Counted from the stretch's first letter, positions 1 to 13,791 are shown. The stretch is DNA of 59,803 nt from Candidatus Anaerobiospirillum stercoravium (GCA_019113025.1 DXIF01000103.1:1-59803), one strand, 5' to 3'. Notes: a model not told the origin generated them from the letters alone. Numbers and translations: made by a program.

Positions 1-381
1 TTTTAGCGGGTGCCCCTTGTTAGGTGTCACCAGAGTTAACGCGCCTATGGCGGGCACAGCACAAAACTGCTGGGGACTGCTTTAACTCTTTGGTTGAGCA
101 GCCTGCTTGGCGCCGCACTGCGCGGTGGGACTTTTATTCAAGCGTAACTGGGGAAAGTTATCTCTTGGACAAGGTTCTGCCCGAAAAGTTGCAGCGGCTG
201 AGAAAAAATTTTTGTGCTCAGTGCCAAAGCAGAGACTAGCCTCATGAAGCTGCGCAAGCTTCACGTTTTTAAGGCGAGTTGGTGCTGTCATAAGCGCGGT
301 ACGTAGGTTGATGCCTGATCTCGCCTTATGGTCTGAGGCTCAGGGAGCGCCTACGTATTAACAGGGCTTAGGCCAAGTGAT

Positions 382-1644
382 ATGGGAATAATCAAGCAAG
401 CTTCTACTGTCCTTTTCTGCTCACTTCTTGCCGCCGGGGCACTCTTAGTTGGTTGCTCGAGTGAAAACAACAGCGACAAGCGTTACAACGAGGCGGTTGA
501 CGTAGCCAAGACTCAGCCCCAGGCGGAGGAAAAGGCGGCGGCATCTGCATCTGCATCTGCTGCATCTGCTGCCTCTGCATCTGCGCCAAGCGCGCCAGCG
601 CAGGCGTCAGATGCCAGCGCGCCCGCGCCGCTTCAGATCTCGGCTAACAACGTGGTCAAAAATGACAGCGGCAAGGTGCTATACAACCCGAATAAGAAGT
701 ATGGCTCCTTGTGGGAAAGTGAGCTCTTTAGCGACCAGCGCTTCCAGCTTAAGATTAAGCTCAGTGCCGCTGAGCAAAAGGAAGCTAAGATCTTAGCGCG
801 CTCCTTTGAGTCCCATATGGAGCGCGGCAAGTACTTTATGCACTACTTGCTCTCCGAGCTCAAAGCGCGCAATCTGCCCGCGGAGCTTGCGGCCATTCCC
901 CTCGTGGAAAGTGGCTTTAAGCTGCGCGCCAAGTCGCACGCTAATGCCCATGGCCCCTGGCAGTTTACGCGCCGCACCGGTAAGAGCTTTGGCCTGACCG
1001 TCACCTCAAGCTACGATGAGTTCTACGACTTCATCGCCTCAACTGAGGCCAGCCTGACCTACTTAGAGCACTTGTATCAGGCCTTAGATCAGGACTGGGA
1101 GTTAGCCTTTATCGCCTACAACCAAGGCGAGTTTGGGGTTAAGAAGTCGATTCGCCGGGCTAAGGCCGCCGGGGTTAAGAAGATTAACGCGCAGACTATT
1201 CCGCTGACCAAGACCGCGCGCACCTATTTATCGCGGGTGCGCTGCTACGCTGACATTCTGCATCATCCTGAAAGTTATGGGGTTAAGCACCCCGAGGTCT
1301 CCGACCACGCGGCCTTTAAGCGCATTGAGCTTGCCGGTACCGTCAACTCGATGAAGGAGGTCGCTAAGCTCTCAGGGGTTGACCTTGAGACCTTAAAGCA
1401 CCTCAATGCCGGTTACTTAACCGACTCGCTTAAGACCAACAAGGATCACGGCTTGTTAGTCCCGGTTGAGCACGTGCTCAAGCTCGAGACCGCCATTGCC
1501 ATGTTAAGTCCTAAGGACACGGCTAATCAGCGCCTTGCGGATCAAGGTGCAGCTCACGGCTCCGGCGCTGCCGACCAGCGTACCATCAATCCTAATTCCA
1601 ATGGCATTACCCGCGGGACAACGCAAGACGTAGCCTTGAATTAA
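382..1644 (+). CDS. mltD: MltD-like membrane-bound lytic murein transglycosylase (lipoprotein)
   Basis: Lipobox LVGC; SLT motifs IPLVES, GPWQF, AYNQGE; Ala/Ser-rich linker; one LysM-like segment (MKEVAKLSGVDLETLKHLN). Confidence 0.8.
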   Translation: MGIIKQASTVLFCSLLAAGALLVGCSSENNSDKRYNEAVDVAKTQPQAEEKAAASASASAASAASASAPSAPAQASDASAPAPLQISANNVVKNDSGKVLYNPNKKYGSLWESELFSDQRFQLKIKLSAAEQKEAKILARSFESHMERGKYFMHYLLSELKARNLPAELAAIPLVESGFKLRAKSHANAHGPWQFTRRTGKSFGLTVTSSYDEFYDFIASTEASLTYLEHLYQALDQDWELAFIAYNQGEFGVKKSIRRAKAAGVKKINAQTIPLTKTARTYLSRVRCYADILHHPESYGVKHPEVSDHAAFKRIELAGTVNSMKEVAKLSGVDLETLKHLNAGYLTDSLKTNKDHGLLVPVEHVLKLETAIAMLSPKDTANQRLADQGAAHGSGAADQRTINPNSNGITRGTTQDVALN

Positions 1645-1712
1645 GGCGCGCCGCGCGCTAGGTCTCGCCCCCAGCACCAATCATGTGCTGCGTGGGCCGC
1701 CGCTTAGAACCA

Positions 1713-1742
1713 AGCCCAGCTCCTCAAGTGAGGAGCTGGGCT
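1713..1742. terminator. Hairpin between convergent mltD-like and LysR genes
   Basis: Inverted repeat AGCCCAGCTCCTC-aagt-GAGGAGCTGGGCT; weak U-tails. Confidence 0.55.
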
Positions 1743-1801
1743 CGGTGCTTATGGGGCGTAGCATAACAGCACGGCATGGCAGCGCAGCATAGCAGCGCCG
1801 C

Positions 1802-2884
1802 TTAGAGCGGAATAGAGTGCTCGCCAAAGCTGGGCTCCGGGCCTTGATCCAGTTCGGGATGGTCGTAGTGATCCGGATGGTAGCTTGCTTGGTAGTTTTC
1901 TTGGTAGCTCTCTTGATAGTTCTCTTGGTAGCCTGAGAGTTCGCGCTTGACGCCGCCGAGCTCCATTATGATGGTGCATAGCTCGCCTAACTCCGCCGCT
2001 CCCAGATTCTTGCGCGCATAACAGCACAGCCGACGCTTAATCGCCTTGCCTTGAGCTAACAGCTCATAGCGCGTGAGCTTGGCGGGCGTTTCATGGGCGT
2101 GCTTGAGTAGGGACTTGTCGACTAGGAGCGCGCTTGGGCTCAGGGCGCTGCCCTCATGGCTTTGCAAGAGGCGCCGTCCCTCGGCCAAGGACGGAATGTA
2201 CTGATATCTGCCGTAGTAGTTACGCTCAAAGTGCAAGAGCTGCTCTAAGGCATGGCACTCGTCTTCAAAGTGCTCGCTCTCGCAGGCAATAATCAAGGTC
2301 ATGCCGTGCAAGGCGCTCAGCTCAACCTTGGGCTTGCCCGAGGGGTGAGGCGGCAGCTCGAGGCTCTTGGGCAGCTCAACTTGTAACTTGGTGGTAAAGA
2401 GGCTGACCTTGCTAAAGGACTGGGAGCTGGCAAGGCGCCGCTCATCGGAGACAAAGGCATTGATGCTGCCATTGCCAAAGAGGTCATAGAGCTCATCGTG
2501 GCTGCCATAAAAGAGCTCAAGCTCAAGGCCAGTGCGATTGAGCACTTGCTCGCTTAAGACCTGGGGCAAAGCGCCCTTTTCCATGGAAGACAATAGTCCA
2601 AGGCGCAGGGTCGAACCTAAATTGCGGTTAACCCGCTGCACTTGGACCACCAAATTGTCCATTTCATGGATGATCTGCAAGGCACGCTGATAGAGCAATT
2701 TACCTGCGGGCGTCACCTCAAAGCTGCGTCCCTTGCGGATAAAGAGCGGTACTTGCAGCTCCTTTTCTAAGGCGCGCATATGCTGTGACAAATTAGGCTG
2801 CGTGACAAAGCACTCGCGCGCGGCCTCCGAGAAGCTGTGCTTATCGACAATGGCAATAAAGTAGCGCAGCTGCATGATCTGCAT
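1802..2884 (-). CDS. LysR-family transcriptional regulator
   Basis: N-terminal HTH LRYFIAIVDKHSFSEAARECFVTQPNLSQHMRALEKEL..LFIR; SD AGGAG upstream; follows ligA in the same orientation. Confidence 0.9.
   Translation of the reverse strand: MQIMQLRYFIAIVDKHSFSEAARECFVTQPNLSQHMRALEKELQVPLFIRKGRSFEVTPAGKLLYQRALQIIHEMDNLVVQVQRVNRNLGSTLRLGLLSSMEKGALPQVLSEQVLNRTGLELELFYGSHDELYDLFGNGSINAFVSDERRLASSQSFSKVSLFTTKLQVELPKSLELPPHPSGKPKVELSALHGMTLIIACESEHFEDECHALEQLLHFERNYYGRYQYIPSLAEGRRLLQSHEGSALSPSALLVDKSLLKHAHETPAKLTRYELLAQGKAIKRRLCCYARKNLGAAELGELCTIIMELGGVKRELSGYQENYQESYQENYQASYHPDHYDHPELDQGPEPSFGEHSIPL
1879..1932 (-). repeat. 12-bp degenerate coding tandem repeat (YQEN/YQES/YQEN/YQAS)
   Basis: ggtagcttgctt ggtagttttctt ggtagctctctt gatagttctctt ggtagc on the + strand. 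Confidence 0.85.
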
Positions 2885-2957
2885 CGCTCAGCTCCTTGCT
2901 CTGACCGGGGGCGTAGGACAGCGCCTGCGCCCGTAGGCGCGTCCGCCCGTGCGGCCC

Positions 2958-6423
<3,466 letters not shown>

Positions 6424-6485
6424 AGAGAGGAATCCTTACCTCGCTTAACAAACATCAGGTAGGCGCCGGGCGCCGACCTTTGAGC

Positions 6486-6491
6486 ATTATA
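6486..6491 (-). promoter_or_regulatory. Possible sigma70 -10 box for zipA-ligA-lysR
   Basis: Perfect TATAAT on the minus strand ~60 nt upstream of the zipA start; no clear -35. Confidence 0.4.
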
Positions 6492-6739
6492 CGTGAATAG
6501 CCGCCCCGGGGCTTGCCTTGCGCCTGCGCCTTAGGGCGAGCCTGAGCAAGGCTGCGTATTTGGCGCAAGGGCGCGCGCATCAGGGGGCCTTTTGGGCTAA
6601 GATGAGGGGGGCTACTTGAGTTTAGCGCCAAGGGCGTAGCTAAAGAGTGTCGCGCCCAGAGCGTCGCGCCCATAACTCAAGTCGGGCCTAACTCAACTTA
6701 CGATCACCTCTCAATTTCGATCACCTCCAAGGGGTCACG

Positions 6740-7534
6740 ATGATCAAAGATAGTACCAATCAAGAGCTCAGTGTCTTTGAAGCGATTGGCTTTTTAGGTA
6801 CGGGGCTAAAGCTGGCTTTGTCCCCCCAGTGCCGCTTGTTTGTCATTATTCCCATCATCATCAACATTATTGTGCTCACCGCCGGTGGCTACTTTGTTTT
6901 CACCTCGATTAAGGGCTTTTTAAGCGAGTACCTTAACGTCTTGCCCGAGTGGCTGTCCTTTTTAAGCTACATCCTGTGGTTTATCTTGCTGTGCACGGTG
7001 GGCTTTGTCTTTTGCTACATCTTCTCGACCGTGGCCACCATCATCGCCTCGCCTTTTTACGGCATTCTCGCCGAGAAAGCGGAAGGCTTAATTCGCGGGG
7101 CGCCCTTTGCCGCAGGTTCTGATGACAGTATCGCGGCCATCATCAAGGACGTACCGCGCATCATCAAGCGTGAATTGCAGAAAATGGGCTTTTATCTGCC
7201 GCGCGTGCTGCTGTGCCTCATCATCACCGCAATTCCGGTGGTCAATGTGGTCGCTCCGCTGTGCTGGTTCTTGCTGGCCGCATGGATGATGTCGGTGCAG
7301 TACTGCGACTACGCCTACGATAATCACAAGATTGCCTTTGCTGAGATGCGCCATGACTTAGGCTTGCATCGCCTGTGCACCTTTGGCTTTGGGGCGGTTA
7401 TCGCCTTTGCTATGACCATTCCTCTGCTTAACTTGCTCATTCCGCCGGCCGCGGTTTGTGCTGGTACCAAGTACTACGTCGCCATGCGCGAGCGCTACAC
7501 CTTAGATGGCGCGCTGCGCCTCAACCAATCATAG
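6740..7534 (+). CDS. cysZ: Sulfate transporter CysZ / EI24-domain membrane protein
   Basis: IIASPFYGILAEKAE, KDVPRIIKRELQK, QYCDYAYDNHKI, IPPAAVCAGT motifs; divergent from zipA as in enterobacteria. Confidence 0.93.
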   Translation: MIKDSTNQELSVFEAIGFLGTGLKLALSPQCRLFVIIPIIINIIVLTAGGYFVFTSIKGFLSEYLNVLPEWLSFLSYILWFILLCTVGFVFCYIFSTVATIIASPFYGILAEKAEGLIRGAPFAAGSDDSIAAIIKDVPRIIKRELQKMGFYLPRVLLCLIITAIPVVNVVAPLCWFLLAAWMMSVQYCDYAYDNHKIAFAEMRHDLGLHRLCTFGFGAVIAFAMTIPLLNLLIPPAAVCAGTKYYVAMRERYTLDGALRLNQS

Positions 7535-7556
7535 CCCGTTGCGCTCGGACATCTGA

Positions 7557-7608
7557 GTTACACTCGGTCAGCTATGCCGCCTCGGTCAGCTAAGCTACAC
7601 TCGGTCAA
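7557..7608 (+). repeat. Short degenerate tandem repeat (3x CTCGGTCA core) in the cysZ-ptsI spacer
   Basis: agttacactcggtcagct atgccgcctcggtcagct aagctacactcggtcaac. Confidence 0.6.
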
Positions 7609-7647
7609 CGACGCGCTGAGCGCGGGAATTGTGCAAGGAGAACGGTC

Positions 7648-9627
7648 ATGTATTCCCTATCAGGCATTACGGTGTCAGAAGGCGTCAGTGAAGGGCGGGC
7701 CTTTCTGCTTATTCCCCGCTCACGCGAAGACGTAGTTGAGGTTGGTACCGTGCTCAATCCGGGCGAGGAAATTGCCAAGTACAAGCGCGTCAGCCGCGAA
7801 TTTGCCGCGATGCTCAATAACGCGATGGCGGGTACGGTGCCCGACAAGGTGCGCGACCTCTTTGGAGCGGTCGCCGCCTATATCACCAATAGTGACAATA
7901 CCCGCGCGATTGAATTGCAAATTGAGCTGGGCAAGTCCGCCGCTGAGGCGGCGCACAGCGTGCTCTTGCCCAAGATTGTGCGCTTAAGCCAGCCCACGGT
8001 GGAACTAAGTCCTAAGGCCCGGGCGCCCGAGCGCAGCGCCGCTGCAACTGATGGTGCCTGTGCCGTGGCAACTGATGGTGCCTGTGCCGTGGCAACTGAT
8101 GGGGCAAGGGGCGCGGGCGACGGCTCATGCTCGACCTGTGAGGCCTTAGAGCACAGCACGGCGTCAGGAGCTATGCGGGAGCTGCCGGTAGCGGATGTGC
8201 GCATGCGCGCGCTTAAGGACAGTGCCGAGCTGGCGCTTAATCCTGAGGTGCTGGCCGCGCAAGCGGTTCAAGTGGCGACTCGCGCGCAGCTTGATGATGA
8301 CGCCAGCGAAATGCAGGTGGTTGCCAACGAGCTCAACCTCTTGATGCGCGACTTCATCAGCACCATCAATCTCAACAAATTGGCCAATGAGGATCTGCCC
8401 CAGCTCTCTGAGCCGAGCGTCATCATTGCCACCGATTTAACTCCGGCCAGTTTCCTCTCGCTGCACACCGAGCTGGTGCGTGCGGTGGTGCTCGAAGATG
8501 GCGAGGCTTCAGGGCACTTAGCCACAGTGCTGCGCGACCTATGTATCCCGGCCATTTATGGGGTCAAGGGCGCGCTTACCATTGCCCAAGGTGAGCATGT
8601 GCTGGTTGATGCGACTCATGGTTCGATCTTGGTTGAGCCGCCCAAGGACGCAGCGCGGGCCTTAATTGCGCAGCAAGGGCGCTTTGATGAGAGCGAAGAG
8701 GGCGACGACAACGATTGCGTCATGACCGTGGCGGGGTCAATGGGTGCCATGGGACCTGCGGGCGCTTTAGAGCGCTTTGCCCGTTATCTGCACCAGGGCT
8801 TGGGGCTGTTGCGCTCGGAGTTCTTGTTTTTGAACTATCACCATGAGCCCAGCATCACGGAGATGACCCGGGCTTTTGCTGAGGTCTTCACCAAGATTCC
8901 TAAGGGTGCCCCGCTCACGGCGCGCACCTTTGACTTCGCGGGCGACAAAAAGCCGCTCTTTACCTTGGAGATGGATGATCATGGGCCGCTGCGCAAATAT
9001 GGGGCGCAAGTAGGCTCGGGCCTGTTAAAAAAGGAGCTCAAGGCGCTGCTCCTAGCCTCGGTGGGCCGAGACATCAACATTGTGTTCCCGCTGATCACGC
9101 GCTGCAGCGAAGCCAAGACGCTCAACAATCTGCTGGCGCAAAGTATTGACGAGCTTTTAGCCGAAGGCCGGGAGATCGGCAATGCACACGTGGGCCTGAT
9201 GATTGAGACTCCCGCGGCCGTGCTGTCGGCGCGCGCCTTTGCCGCCTTTGGCGAGATGTTTTTAATCGGGACCAGTTCGCTTGCGGAGTACGCCGCGGCG
9301 CCGCGGCCGCCGGAGGAGTACTTTACCCCGGCGCTAGCGAAGATGATTGCCATTGCGTGCAAGGCCGCGCATACCGAAGGGGTCCAAGTGGGCGTTGCGG
9401 GGCGCTTTGCGATGCGCATTGAGCTGTTGCCTTTCTTCCTGGCCTTAGGCGTCACCTATCTCACCACCGATGCTACGGCCTTACACAAGGTCAGAAAGGA
9501 GTTGCAGCGCCTGCAAGACCAAGGCTACAGCGCGCACTTTGATAGCAAGCTCTATCATGCGGTGATGGATTTGGCTTCAGCTCACGATTTACAGCGGCTG
9601 CTGTTCCACGACGAATTTTCGTTCTAA
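7648..9627 (+). CDS. ptsI: PTS enzyme I-like protein with degenerate PEP-binding domain
   Basis: SGITVSEGVSEGRA N-terminus, IIATDLTPA, His-domain motif GEASGHLATVLRDLCIPAIYG, GLGLLRSEFLF, RTFDFAGDK, GLMIETPAA; canonical GTND reads GTSS and GMCGE reads GVAGR. Confidence 0.8.
   Translation: MYSLSGITVSEGVSEGRAFLLIPRSREDVVEVGTVLNPGEEIAKYKRVSREFAAMLNNAMAGTVPDKVRDLFGAVAAYITNSDNTRAIELQIELGKSAAEAAHSVLLPKIVRLSQPTVELSPKARAPERSAAATDGACAVATDGACAVATDGARGAGDGSCSTCEALEHSTASGAMRELPVADVRMRALKDSAELALNPEVLAAQAVQVATRAQLDDDASEMQVVANELNLLMRDFISTINLNKLANEDLPQLSEPSVIIATDLTPASFLSLHTELVRAVVLEDGEASGHLATVLRDLCIPAIYGVKGALTIAQGEHVLVDATHGSILVEPPKDAARALIAQQGRFDESEEGDDNDCVMTVAGSMGAMGPAGALERFARYLHQGLGLLRSEFLFLNYHHEPSITEMTRAFAEVFTKIPKGAPLTARTFDFAGDKKPLFTLEMDDHGPLRKYGAQVGSGLLKKELKALLLASVGRDINIVFPLITRCSEAKTLNNLLAQSIDELLAEGREIGNAHVGLMIETPAAVLSARAFAAFGEMFLIGTSSLAEYAAAPRPPEEYFTPALAKMIAIACKAAHTEGVQVGVAGRFAMRIELLPFFLALGVTYLTTDATALHKVRKELQRLQDQGYSAHFDSKLYHAVMDLASAHDLQRLLFHDEFSF
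8044..8102 (+). repeat. 24-bp coding tandem repeat (ATDGACAV x2.5) in a ptsI insertion
   Basis: gcaactgatggtgcctgtgccgtg x2 + gcaactgatgg. Confidence 0.9.
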
Positions 9628-9729
9628 CCACCACGCTAACGCAAGCGGTACTTGGTAATGACCTAGGCGTTACTTGGTGACAACCTGCCACCTCGGTGGC
9701 ACCCAGCTCACGTGCGATAGGGGAAAGTA

Positions 9730-10293
9730 ATGGGATTTTTCTCTTCCTTGTTTAAGCGTAACTCAGATCACCACGAGCTCAGTGACAGCTCAGGGCGCAA
9801 GAGCGCGCCTAACGTCACTCCGGCCAATGCTGACGTCACGCTCTATGCGCCGGTGACGGGCACCTTACTGCCCTTAGAGGAGGTGCCGGATATTGTCATC
9901 TCCGAAAAGGTGATGGGTGAGGGCGTGGCGGTGGTGCCGGATAGTGAGAGCATTGTTGCCCCCTGTGATGGCGTGATTAGCCGTCTCTTGCCGACTAAGA
10001 ATGCCTTTGCGGTGCGCATGGACAATGGTCTTGAAATATATGTCAGCTTTGGGGTCGAGTCGATGGAGCTGCGCGGCGAGGGCTTTGCCACCAAGGTCGC
10101 CTTAGGCGATCAGGTCAAGCGCGGCGATCCGGTGCTGCAAACCGACACGCGTCTTATCGCCAGCCGCATCAAGTCCCCGATCACCTCGATGATCGTGATT
10201 AAGAGCTCAGGCAAAATCGCCAAGGTCACCAATGCCTCCGGCAAGTGCAATGCCGGTTTAAGCCCGGTGGTCTGGATTTCCTTGGCGCAATAA
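9730..10293 (+). CDS. crr: PTS EIIA-Glc (Crr)-like protein lacking the active-site histidines
   Basis: MGFFSSLF amphipathic N-terminus, YAPVTG..LEEVPD..SEKVMGEGVA..VAPCDG, MELRGEGF..GDQVKRGD; TKNAF and IYVSFG in place of TNHAF and LFVHFG. Confidence 0.85.
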   Translation: MGFFSSLFKRNSDHHELSDSSGRKSAPNVTPANADVTLYAPVTGTLLPLEEVPDIVISEKVMGEGVAVVPDSESIVAPCDGVISRLLPTKNAFAVRMDNGLEIYVSFGVESMELRGEGFATKVALGDQVKRGDPVLQTDTRLIASRIKSPITSMIVIKSSGKIAKVTNASGKCNAGLSPVVWISLAQ

Positions 10294-10525
10294 CCAGCCC
10301 AGAGGCGGCGGAGGGCGCCTGCGCTTGCCGCCTCAGTACGCTCTAGCCGTGAGGGCGCAAGCGCTTTTGGGCCGCGTAACGAGGAGAGCACTTGGTGCTC
10401 CCCTCGCGGCAAGAGGCGGCGGCGCAGCGGCGGTGCCGCCGTGGCCTTGTGCTGTGACCATGCGCCGCGACCATATGTCGCGACCTGGTGCAAGCGCGGG
10501 GGCGCAAGCGTCCCCTTGGTCCCAC

Positions 10526-10558
10526 GAAAAAGGGGAGCTCTGGGAGCTCCCCTTTTTC
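10526..10558. terminator. Bidirectional intrinsic terminator (crr / pntB)
   Basis: GAAAAAGGGGAGCTC-tgg-GAGCTCCCCTTTTTC, perfect 15-bp stem with A/T tracts on both sides. Confidence 0.85.
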
Positions 10559-10627
10559 AGGCGGCCTGCTCAAGCAGGCCGCCGGGCTCAGCTTAAGACT
10601 GGAGCTGAGCTGAGTGCGGTAGCACTC

Positions 10628-12130
10628 TTAGATGTTGGAGACGATTTCTTCCACCGTCTTCTTGGCATCGCCAAAGCACATGAACGAATTGTCCTTAAAG
10701 AACAATGGGTTCTGCACGCCGGCGTAGCCTACGTTCATCGAACGCTTGAAGACAACGACGTTGCGAGCCTTCCAAACCTCTAATACTGGCATGCCCGCAA
10801 TTGGGCTATTTGGATTTTCTAAGGCTGCTGGGTTTACCGTGTCGTTAGCGCCAATGACCAGTACGGTATCAGTATTCTCGAAGTCCTCGTTGATCTCGTC
10901 CATCTCAAATACGATGTCGTATGGTACCTTGGCCTCAGCTAAGAGCACGTTCATGTGACCTGGCAGACGACCGGCGACTGGGTGAATGGCAAAGCGCACC
11001 TCAATGCCACGCTCCTTTAACTTCTCAGTTAACTGAGCAACCGCATTTTGTGCCTGCGATACCGCCATACCATAGCCTGGGGCGATGATGACCGAAGAAG
11101 AGTTCTTTAACAGATCTGCAACTTCATTGGCCTTTAACTCATGGTACTCGCCCATCTCCTCGTCGCCTTGAGCTGCGCCACCTTCGGTGCCGAAGCCGCC
11201 AGCGATAACCGAGATAAAGGAGCGGTTCATGGCCTTACACATGATGTAAGACAGAATCGCACCTGAAGAGCCGACTAATGCGCCGGTGACGATTAACAGG
11301 TCGTTGGAGAGCATGAAGCCCGATGCTGCGGCGGCCCAACCAGAGTAGGAGTTCAGCATCGAGATGACGACCGGCATGTCCGCGCCACCGATGGCAGCAA
11401 CTAAGTGCACACCAAAGGCGAAGGCGATTAAGGTCATCAGGATTAATGGCACCACCGATGGGGAGGCCATGAACCAGATGAGTAAGAGGACCGAAGCGAC
11501 TAAAGCAGCTAAGTTGAGCCAGTGGCCGCCTGGTAACATTAAAGGAGCGCTCTTGAAGACGCGCAGCTTGTAGGTGCCGTTGAGCTTGCCGTAGGCAATG
11601 ATGGAGCCGGTGAAGGTGACCGCACCAATGAAGATGCCTAAGAAGATCTCAACTAAGTGAGTGTTGAACTCACCTGGGGTCATGGCGGCGGCGTGCTCGG
11701 TTACGGCCTCAGCAGCTTGCTTGGCGGCATCCATCATGGCAACGATGGTGGCCTGCGAAGCATCAAGTGGAACCGTAATCGAATCTGGAACGATGGCGCC
11801 TAACTCTAAGAACGAGTTGTAGCCTACTAAGACGGCGGCTAAACCGACAAAGGAGTGTAGGCACGCAATCATCTCAGGCATCTGAGTCATTGCGACGCGC
11901 CGGGCGACAAAGATACCGATACCGGCGCCAATGCACATGGCAACGACAATCAGTAAGAAGCCCGTGGCGCTACCTACTTGGGCAAAGGTGGCCAGTAAGG
12001 CAATGGTCATACCGACCATGCCCGATAAGCAACCATACTTAGCAGTTTCTTGCTTGGATAGACCGGCTAGGGCAATGATAAAGAGCAGTGCGGCCAAAAT
12101 ATAGGCCATGTGTATAGGACCTGCTACCAT
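10628..12130 (-). CDS. pntB: NAD(P) transhydrogenase subunit beta
   Basis: [76 protein letters not shown]. Confidence 0.98.
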   Translation of the reverse strand: MVAGPIHMAYILAALLFIIALAGLSKQETAKYGCLSGMVGMTIALLATFAQVGSATGFLLIVVAMCIGAGIGIFVARRVAMTQMPEMIACLHSFVGLAAVLVGYNSFLELGAIVPDSITVPLDASQATIVAMMDAAKQAAEAVTEHAAAMTPGEFNTHLVEIFLGIFIGAVTFTGSIIAYGKLNGTYKLRVFKSAPLMLPGGHWLNLAALVASVLLLIWFMASPSVVPLILMTLIAFAFGVHLVAAIGGADMPVVISMLNSYSGWAAAASGFMLSNDLLIVTGALVGSSGAILSYIMCKAMNRSFISVIAGGFGTEGGAAQGDEEMGEYHELKANEVADLLKNSSSVIIAPGYGMAVSQAQNAVAQLTEKLKERGIEVRFAIHPVAGRLPGHMNVLLAEAKVPYDIVFEMDEINEDFENTDTVLVIGANDTVNPAALENPNSPIAGMPVLEVWKARNVVVFKRSMNVGYAGVQNPLFFKDNSFMCFGDAKKTVEEIVSNI

Positions 12131-12157
12131 TTTCTAAATTCTCCTGATCCTCAACTT

Positions 12158-13693
12158 TTACTGCTGTTTCTTGAACATGGCCAGCATACGGCGCGTTACC
12201 GCGAAGCCACCGAAGATATTGATCGAGGCAATCAGAACGCCGATGAAGGAGAAGGCGGCGATGATTGGGCTGGACGAGCTGATTTGCAGCAGTGCGCCCA
12301 CCACGATAATACCGGAGATCGCGTTGGTAACGGACATTAATGGGGTATGCAGAGAGTGGGTAACATTCCAAACCACGTAGTAACCGACCACGCACGCTAA
12401 GACGAAGACGGTGAAGTGTGGTAAGAACTTCTCTGGAGCATACAGGCCAATCAAGGCAAAGGCGACAATCAGGATACCCACTAAGGTGGCCTTAAAGCGT
12501 GGGGAGACCTGACGCTGCTCAACCTTCTTAGGAGCCTCAGCTTTAGTTGGAGCAGGAGCGGCCGAGACCGAGATCTTAGGTGGTGGGAAGGTAATCTCGC
12601 CATCACGGGTGACGCACATATTGCGTAAGATCACGTCCTCAAAGTCGACGTTGATGGAGCCATCCTTGTTTGGGCTGAGCAGCTTGGTTAAGTTAACCAA
12701 GTTGGTGGAATACAGCTGAGAGGATTGAGCGGGCAGACGGCACGCTAAATCGGAGTAGCCGATGATCTTGACGCCGTTTTCGGTAGTGGTGATCTTGCCC
12801 TCAACCGTCAGCTCGCAGTTACCACCGGTGGCGGCGGCGAGGTCGACGATGACCGAACCTGGCTTCATGCTCGCGACCATCTCCTTGGAGATGAGGCGCG
12901 GAGCAGGCTTACCTGGAATGGCCGCGGTGGTGATGATGATGTCGACATCCTTGGCTTGAGCGGCAAAGAGCTCCATCTCCGCCTTGATGAACTCATCAGA
13001 CATGACCTTGGCATAGCCGTCGGACGAGCCGCCTTCCTCATTCTTAAAGTCGAGCTTTAAGAACTCACCGCCCATTGACTTGATTTGGTCGGCAACCTCA
13101 AGACGGGTATCAAAGGCGCGGACAATGGCACCTAAGGAGTGAGCCGCACCAATGGCAGCAAGACCGGCGACACCGGCGCCAATGACTAAGACCTTGGCCG
13201 GTGGTACCTTACCTGCGGCGGTAACCTGACCGGTAAAGAAGCGACCGAAGGTGTGGGCAGCTTCGATGACGGCACGATAGCCTGAGATATTGGCAGTCGA
13301 GGAGAGCGCGTCTAAAGCTTGGGCACGGGAAATTCGTGGCACCATGTCCATCGCAAGGACGGTGACCTTCTTTTCCTTTAACTTCTCGACTAAGTCAGGG
13401 TTCTGTGCTGGGCGAATAAAGCTGACCAGAGTCTGGCCTTCTTTTAAGAGCTTGATCTCGTCGTCGGTAGGTGCATTGACCTTGTAGATAATGTCGCTCG
13501 ACCAAACCTCACGGCCACGTAAGACCTTGGCACCAGCGGCGGTATAGGCGGCGTCATCAAAGCTAGCATCGGCACCAGCATTGGTCTGAACAGCAACCTC
13601 AAAGCCCAACTTGATGAGCTTGGTTACGGTATCAGGAGTGGCAGCCACTCTTGTTTCGCCTTTCAAGCTTTCTTTTGGAATACCTATCAGCAT
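12158..13693 (-). CDS. pntA: NAD(P) transhydrogenase subunit alpha
   Basis: Start taken at ATG 13693 ([17 protein letters not shown]); [50 protein letters not shown]. Confidence 0.98.
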   Translation of the reverse strand: MLIGIPKESLKGETRVAATPDTVTKLIKLGFEVAVQTNAGADASFDDAAYTAAGAKVLRGREVWSSDIIYKVNAPTDDEIKLLKEGQTLVSFIRPAQNPDLVEKLKEKKVTVLAMDMVPRISRAQALDALSSTANISGYRAVIEAAHTFGRFFTGQVTAAGKVPPAKVLVIGAGVAGLAAIGAAHSLGAIVRAFDTRLEVADQIKSMGGEFLKLDFKNEEGGSSDGYAKVMSDEFIKAEMELFAAQAKDVDIIITTAAIPGKPAPRLISKEMVASMKPGSVIVDLAAATGGNCELTVEGKITTTENGVKIIGYSDLACRLPAQSSQLYSTNLVNLTKLLSPNKDGSINVDFEDVILRNMCVTRDGEITFPPPKISVSAAPAPTKAEAPKKVEQRQVSPRFKATLVGILIVAFALIGLYAPEKFLPHFTVFVLACVVGYYVVWNVTHSLHTPLMSVTNAISGIIVVGALLQISSSSPIIAAFSFIGVLIASINIFGGFAVTRRMLAMFKKQQ

Positions 13694-13791
13694 GGCTTCT
13701 TCCCGTAAAATTCCCAAAAACTAATCCTTGCTCTTAGCCTAGGTACGCCATGTTACCTAGGCAAGCTCGATCCATGTTAAGGCGCGCCCGT

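Noticed and set aside
7535-7647. Small ptsH (HPr) gene
   Set aside because: Only 113 bp is available, occupied by a short repeat; no GLHARP-type motif.
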